From: Anthoceros angustus
Lineage: Eukaryota > Plantae > Anthocerotophyta
Reading direction: 5' to 3'
DNA: 64,000 bases
NCBI GenBank assembly: GCA_010909165.1
Contig: MU008164.1
Span: 1,240,001-1,304,000 of the forward strand
A model generated the notes under the pieces. The model had not been told where the DNA came from, ran no database searches, and was given only the letters and a program-made list of their open reading frames with translations. The position numbers were made by a program, and so were the translations under genes. Shown here piece after piece: positions 61,474-64,000 of the stretch (positions are counted from its first letter, which is position 1; each line of letters starts with the position of its first letter).

Positions 61474-64000
61474 AAAGATGTATGAAGTGGCAAACATCGG
61501 TGGACATCGGTGACAAGAGGGTTTACTCTCGGTCAGTGTCTTGACCGCCAAGTGTTAGGCTCAAAGTGGGAGCTCGCGTTAGTGATAGGGAATCACTGTT
61601 GGTGCTATCATTCGGTGGTTGGAAGTTGAAGAAGTTGGAGTCACTCGCCGTAGGTTGCGAGTCGGCGACATGGACAAATGGTGGCGCCGGTGGGCGGCGC
61701 CCGCCATTTTCACCATCCTTTAGTAGCATGGAAACCGTTTTCCGCACCGATCATGTATTGTACATTTTGTTGACCGTATATAACCCATCCATCCGCATGC
61801 CTAAATCCTAAATCGTTTGAGGCTAGTGGCGCCCACGGCGCTCGAGGCCCCTTCTTGCCAAAACAAAAGACTATGGGTTACGGGACGGTTCGGAAAGAAG
61901 CACCATTCTTTACCAATGATGGTGAAGATTGCGCAATGTCTTCAAAAGACCTTGTTTATTTAGGCGTGCCTCAACAACCCGTTCCCTTTTAGTCCTTAGG
62001 GTACTTATGGTAAGCAAGCATGGGTCGTAATATGCCAAATTCGATGGCGAACTCGCTAACCCTTTGTGTGATGGAACCTTTGCTCGGACGTCAATTTCAT
62101 CCCTTATCGACCCTTATTTTCAGGCCTTTGGACGATGTTGCCCAAAGCGTGAATCGACCCATCCCAAACCCCTTCCGACGATATTTGGTTGAAAACCCTA
62201 CGTATATTAACCCCTCAAGATTAGCATGTTGCCCAATTACGCCCGCCTTCTTGTTGGCGGTCATCCACGCAGCGCATACGCCACCGCCTTTCGTCCTCCC
62301 GCCCCATTACCTCGCGTTCGCGTGGCCGCATCATCGCGCCTTCTTGTGGCCGCAACACGCAAAACCAACGGCGCGCCGAGCCATCGCGCCCTCGGGCTTC
62401 ATTCCCAGCCTTGAATAAGCGCTATCCACCCCTGACACTTGCCTCTCCCGTCCGCCCCATCGCGGGTACGCGCACTTCACCCGATTCGGTGCGGGCCTCT
62501 ACCTGAGGGATTCCTCGACGATGTAGCCCTCATGCGTCGTTGCGAGCAGCGCCCTGTCTCTCGGATATGGCCATGGTTCCACGATTTACAAAACTTGTCG
62601 CCGTGCTTGGGTCTTCACATAGCGGCGGCGTATCAGAACTTCCCTCCTTGCGCGCCTCCGGAACCTCCCCTCCCCTTCCCCCCAACCTCCCGCGCCCGCT
62701 CACACCGCCGCCTCACGCTTGCCCGGCCGCACACTCGCTTGCCACGCACTGCCTGCCTGCACCGGCCCCGTTCCCGCCCCCGGACCGCCCCGGCCCGCCC
62801 GCCCGGCGCCCCGCTCACCCGGCCCTCCCGCTCCAGGCCCCCCTCCCGGGCGTCCGTCCGCCCGGCCACCCGCCCGGCCGCCCGCCCGCGCCCCGGCCGC
62901 CCGCCCCGCCCCGCCGCCGCCCCGCCACGCCCGCCCGTCCGCCCGGCCTATTATGGGTTCGCTTTGAATTCCGTAAACATCTCTATTCCATTGACAAAAA
63001 GCGATCGAGGATAAGTTGAATGAATTGCGGGGCTTCATCGAGCCCGGCCAAAGTGCAGATAGTGGCGAAGGCGGTGAGGACATCGGGCCCTTGGACATGG
63101 AAGGTGTCAATTCGGAGATGAGTGAAAAGATGTATGAAGTGGAGGCAAACATCGGTGGACATCGGTGACAAGAGGTTTACTCTCGGCCGAAGTGTCTTGA
63201 CCGCCAAGTGTTAGGCTCAAAGTGGGAGCTCGCGTTAGTGATAGGGAATCACTGTTGGTGCTATCATTCGGTGGAAGTTGAAGAAGTTGGAGTCACTTCC
63301 ACAGTAGGTTGCGATGTCGACAGGACAAATGGCGGCGCGGTGGGCGGCGCCGCCGCCATTTTTCACCATCTAGTAGCATGGAAACCGTTTTCCGCGATCA
63401 CATTATTGTACATTTTGACGCTATATAACCCATCCGTCGCATGCCTAAATCCTAAATCGTGGAAATTGGGTAGCTCGGCGCCCGGCGCCTGGCCCTCTTG
63501 CCAAAAACAAAAGACTATGGGTTACGGACGGTTCGGAAAGAAGTACCATTCTTTACCAATGATGATGAAGATTGCCCAATGTCTTCAAAAGACCTTGTTT
63601 ATTTAGGGCATGCCTCAACAACCCGTTCCTTTTAGTCCTTAGGGTACTTATGGTAAGCAAGCATGGGTCGTATGCCAAATTCGATGGCGAACTCGCTAAC
63701 CCTTTGTGTGATGGAGACACCGCTCGGACAATTTCATCCCTTATCGACCCTTATTTTCGGGCCTTTGGACCGATGTTGCCCAAAAGCGTGATCGACCCAT
63801 CCCAAACCCCTTCCGACGATATTTGGTTGAAAACCCTTCTATATTAACCTTCAAGATTATGTTGCCCAATTACGCCCGCTTCTTGTTGGCGGTCATCCAC
63901 GCCACGCCACCCGCCCCTCGTCCTCCGCCCCATGCTTCTCTGCGTTCGCGTACGCATCCGTCGCGCCTTCCCGTGGCCACCAACCCAAAACCAACGGCGC
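61297..64000. repeat. ~1.65-kb tandem duplication (61297-62948 / 62949-end) of the transposase 3' end, right TIR and flank
   Basis: tattatgggttcg..tgaattccgtaaacatctctattcc at 61297 and 62949; the copies align with indels through the TIR and the flanking gcccaattacgcccg. Confidence 0.9.
62202..62230 (-). repeat. Right terminal inverted repeat (candidate TSD GCCC at 62231-62234)
   Basis: gtatattaacccctcaagattagcatgtt followed by gccc. A noisier duplicate lies at ~63840-63866. Confidence 0.72.

Larger units (their letters stand above)
38837..62230. mobile_element. Sola-like DDD DNA transposon carrying a ParB-DNA methyltransferase gene; internally amplified and interrupted by a copia element
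   Basis: Inverted ~30-bp termini at 38837-38867 and 62202-62230, flanked by GCCC on both sides. A DDD transposase lies on + and the cargo gene on -. The reconstructed single unit is ~9 kb (38837-45465 plus ~59865-62230). Confidence 0.75.

Overview
Eukaryotic land-plant DNA. I infer a non-seed plant, most likely a hornwort or else a fern/lycophyte, from short GT-AG introns, a PPR-DYW:KP remnant with an HAE motif and a probable CCDC40 (flagellar) fragment. 1-24.1 kb is gene-dense: a 20-exon dihydroxyacetone kinase with a tandem-duplicated 5' end, a PPR-DYW pseudogene, RPS19, UTP18, an At5g48340-like gene, an ENT1-type nucleoside transporter, a spliced hAT-derived BED-finger gene and REIL/REI1. 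24.4-33.2 kb is AT-rich degenerate sequence with kinase and CCDC40 fragments and many two-copy tandem duplications. 33.2-64 kb is a nest of mobile DNA. The main discovery is a cut-and-paste DNA transposon (about 9 kb as a single unit, 38837-62230 as assembled) with ~30-bp TIRs, a GCCC 4-bp target duplication and a Sola-like DDD transposase. Divergently from the transposase it carries an apparently three-exon gene fusing a ParB/Srx-like domain to a bacterial-type beta-class N4C/N6A DNA methyltransferase. As assembled, the element is internally amplified (4892-bp period), interrupted by a Ty1/copia retrotransposon, and its right end is duplicated. Indels are very frequent, even in housekeeping genes, which points to an unpolished long-read assembly; frameshifts and copy numbers need read-level confirmation. 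All protein assignments are manual motif recognition, not database hits. No tRNA, rRNA or CRISPR array was found.
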